A DNA stretch of 63,305 bases, counting the filler, from Octopus bimaculoides (Eukaryota): the NCBI RefSeq assembly GCF_001194135.2. It is 5 parts of 5 records of this genome, joined end to end, with 100 filler letters (N's around TTAATTAATTAA, not from the genome) between each part and the next. Parts side by side here need not be neighbours in the genome. Positions count along the whole stretch, not along the records: positions 54,639 to 61,448 come from NC_068989.1; positions 61,549 to 63,305 come from NC_068987.1; 3 more parts are not named here. One strand, written 5' to 3'. Shown here piece after piece: positions 59,850 through 63,305 of the stretch. Position numbers and translations under genes: made by a program. Every line of letters begins with the position of its first letter. Positions within the stretch are counted from its first letter, which is position 1. The notes beneath the pieces were generated by a model. It did no database searches, was not told the DNA's origin, and saw nothing but the letters and a program-made list of their open reading frames with translations.

Positions 59850-60304
59850 TTATTATTATTATTATTATTATTATTATTTGATAAGACATATTCCTAGTTG
59901 GAAGGCTTGATCATATATCTGTTCAATCGATACTTACCTGGGGTTAAACAACAATAACACCAACACTAACAACACTATCCATATTCGATTCACCCGAACC
60001 TTGTCAAAACCTGTTTGCCCTAAATTACAGCCAGTTTCACCACACATACACACACACACATACAGACGCACTTCACCTTACATATTTCGTATCTGCATGT
60101 CTACCCCCACCCCGCACTCATACCGACCCCATACTCCGCTACACACCCGACAACTCGACACACACCCCGTACACAACGAACGTGTATCTCTATTAAGTTG
60201 ATTAACTACTTACGTCGAAGATTGGAAGAGCAAACATCTTAAATACACAGAAAGTATTGACGAAACCACTAGAACTACGTTAAAGAGGAGCGACGTTCTT
60301 TGAC

Positions 60305-60660
60305 CCCTACCATCACCGTCACCACCACCGTCACCACCACNNNNNNNNNNNNNNNNNNNNNNNNNNNNNNNNNNNNNNNNNNNNNNNNNNNNNNNNNNNN
60401 NNNNNNNNNNNNNNNNNNNNNNNNNNNNNNNNNNNNNNNNNNNNNNNNNNNNNNNNNNNNNNNNNNNNNNNNNNNNNNNNNNNNNNNNNNNNNNNNNNNN
60501 NNNNNNNNNNNNNNNNNNNNNNNNNNNNNTACCACAACTACCATCACAGCTACGACAACCTCCACCATTAACAGTAGCAGAAACGTCACCGCCGCCATAA
60601 CCATCACCATCGCTGCCACCGGCGCCACCACGACGACTTTCATCATCTCCATCATCATTA
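60305..60660. repeat. (ACC)n-type trinucleotide tract with gap
   Basis: Direct reading. Confidence 0.85.
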
Positions 60661-60855
60661 CTTCGACATAGCTCCCTCGGTATATTGGAGAACCTCAAAC
60701 GTCGTATGTATGTATGTATGTACGTATGTATGTATATATGTATGTATGTATGTATGTATATATGTATGTATGTACGTACGTACGTATGTATGAATTTATG
60801 TATGCATGTATGTACGTACGTATGTATGAATGTATGTATATATGTATGTATGTAT

Positions 60856-61008
60856 AGGCGCAGGAGTGGCTGTGTGGTAAGTAGCTTGCATACCAAACAC
60901 ATGGTCCCGGGTTTAGTGGCACCTTGGGCAAATGTCTTCTACTATTGCCTCGGTTTGACCAAACCCTTGTCAGTGGATTTGGTAGATGGAAACTGAAAGA
61001 AGCCCGTC
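60856..61008 (+). mobile_element. SINE family A, 5' half
   Basis: GGCGCAGGAGTGGCTGTGTGG..GAAAGAAGCCCGTC. Confidence 0.9.
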
Positions 61009-61009
61009 A

Positions 61010-61289
61010 TCTATACGCGTCTGTCACATATACACACATCGCGCCCACGCACACACGAGCGCACGCACACACACTCTCGCATATACATACATCACTCACA
61101 AACACACACAGACACACACACACGCACACACACACACAAACTCTCGCATATACATACATCGCGCACACATAGACACAGATACACACACTCGCGTATGCAT
61201 ACATCGCGCGCACGCACACACGGGCACACACACTCTTGCATATACATACATCGCTCACACACACACACACACACACTCTCTCACATACT

Positions 61290-61322
<33 letters not shown>
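61010..61322. repeat. (CA)-derived minisatellite, core CACTCTCGCATATACATACATCGC
   Basis: Core recurs about five times at 45-62-bp spacing. Confidence 0.8.
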
Positions 61323-61448
61323 TTGCACCAATAGTTTATCCATGCATGGCGATGCATCGTCACTTGATTTGCGTCTCCTTGTAATTTCCAATTTTATTGC
61401 CGCCTTGGGTGGTTTACTCACACACTGACCGAGATTAGAACGCTGCCC

Positions 61449-61548
61449 NNNNNNNNNNNNNNNNNNNNNNNNNNNNNNNNNNNNNNNNNNNNTTAATTAA
61501 TTAANNNNNNNNNNNNNNNNNNNNNNNNNNNNNNNNNNNNNNNNNNNN
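61449..61548. other. Artificial scaffold-join spacer
   Basis: 44 N + TTAATTAATTAA + 44 N. Confidence 0.95.
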
Positions 61549-61579
61549 ACATACATACATACATACATACATACATACA

Positions 61580-61611
<32 letters not shown>

Positions 61612-62504
61612 AGTATGTATGTATATTAGTTCCCGTCGACCAAATCAAACTTGTAAGGATTTGCTCAGCTCGAAGTTTTAGCGGAAGTCACTTGCCCGAA
61701 GTGCCGCGCAAATGGAACTGCATCCGGAACCATATCATCCGGAAGTTAACCATTTACTACACGCGCGCGAGCGCCTAAATATAAGGCGCTACGGTTTAAA
61801 GCGTTAAAGAAAACCGTCTAGTGTTTAGGAAATTTCATTAAAAACTCATTCATGTATTTTTAAAAAAAATATTATCTAGGTATACAATCGCGTTTACAGG
61901 CGAAGTAGAAATAATCATAGTTTATGTTTAGGAATTTGGTTTGATCGGGGTAGGACGGCTGGTTATTTTACAGTAAATATAATAGAAAGACGCTAGGGTA
62001 TTGTAAACTTATAAGCGGTGAGGCACTGTAATTGTTAATTTGTCGAATAGCATAATTCGAGAATTATTAGCTACAACGCTATTTAATAATATCAGAATTG
62101 TAACCAGTTACTTGAACTAAGTTAATATATGTAACATCATTGTGGTCGACGAGTTTCCTTCCTCAAAGGAAATTGTCGGCTTATAATAGTATTTATCTAA
62201 TAAGTCGGCTAATTATGAAAGTTATTAGAAATCACTTGGTTTTAGCTAGCAATGAATATGAATTAGTATAACGTCGAGAAATATATTCTATTTGTCATAT
62301 TTTAGTCTGGATCTATAAAGAAAATTCTCTCTGACCTGCATCTGTTTCGTTGAGTTACTGTAATCATAAGATTTGGAATATTGCTTCCGTGTTTAATATT
62401 TTGGTTTCGGCATTTCAATATAGATAAGTATGTATGTTCTAAAATGTAGGCCACAGTTTTGAAACAACATCGACAGCTGAAGGTCTACATGTCTGTTGTC
62501 TTTA

Positions 62505-62700
62505 ATCTCTTACTTGTTTCAGTCAGTGGACTGCGGCCACTGGGGGCACAGCCTCGGAGGGTTTTAGTCGAATGAATCAGCCCCCAGTTTTAAGCCTGGT
62601 ACTTATTTTATAAGTCTGTTACGCTGGACCATTAAGATACGAGGACGTAAACCAACCGACACCGGTTATCAAGCGGTAGTGGGGTGGGGGACACAGAAAC
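62505..62700 (-). mobile_element. SINE family A, 3' half, diverged
   Basis: CTTACTTGTTTCAGTCAGTGGACTGCGGCC..GGACGTAAACCAACCGACACCGGTTATCAAGCG. Confidence 0.75.
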
Positions 62701-63305
62701 AAGGACACGGACACACGCATTCAAACACACACACACACACACAGATACACGCTGGTATTAAGGGCACCGGGTTTTCGACAATAGCCTAAGTGCAGCAATC
62801 ACCGTATCGTTGAATAGTAACTTGAAGTCATGTTTGTGCGTCCCTATAACTATCATTCAATAAATATAGACCTCCATTTCCAACGATAACGAGGTCTCAC
62901 GCTTTCGTTATATCTTCTATGCGTTTACATGTACCTCCTTGCGATAATGTACACTTTCATTTAATCAGGTTATCCTTGGCCTGAAGAATAGCCTGCGGTA
63001 TACATCTCACCTGGTTATTTACCACTTCTCAGGTTCCGCTCACTATGAAACATATGTAACCCGGATCTTATCGACTCCATTCCGTAACTCTTGTATTTTT
63101 ATTCGCTCACCCGGCAACCATGGTCGCCTACCGTGAAATATAAAAAGAACTTTTCTTCAGCTTATCGTATTTCGATACGAAAAAAATCCTTAACCTTCCA
63201 TCACAATAAACCACTATTGTCTCTGAAAGTTGTTTTTTTTTATTTACTATGGATTGCTTGAACCTAACTTTCTTCCTATACCTAGATCCCTGAGTCTTAC
63301 ATATT

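Overview
This is AT-rich, repeat-saturated eukaryotic genomic DNA with no recognisable host exon. I found no genuine tRNA or rRNA gene, no CRISPR array and no intact protein-coding gene. The repeat spectrum looks like a coleoid cephalopod (Octopus-like) intron or intergenic region; that is inference, not a database result. The window is not one contiguous sequence: four identical 100-bp spacers (44 N + TTAATTAATTAA + 44 N) join five scaffold pieces, and there are many further N gaps. Content: (i) several dozen copies of at least four tRNA-derived SINE families, labelled A-D here (my labels); (ii) six fragments of R4/Dong-type restriction-like-endonuclease (RLE) retrotransposons, several sitting in (TAA)n tracts, plus short non-coding units in the same context; (iii) a decayed but nearly complete MULE transposon (FLYWCH + transposase) inserted inside a SINE with a target-site duplication (TSD); (iv) two tandem LINE ORF1-like remnants with no ORF2, one ending in the same 3' tail as SINE-B; (v) Tc1/mariner, pogo, hAT and piggyBac-type MITEs; (vi) hammerhead-ribozyme-like relics clustered at 19.2-20.6 kb; (vii) abundant micro- and minisatellites. 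Almost all ORFs in the supplied track are microsatellite or N-gap artefacts. All alignments, translations and folds were done by eye, so boundaries of degenerate repeats are approximate (about +/-10 bp).
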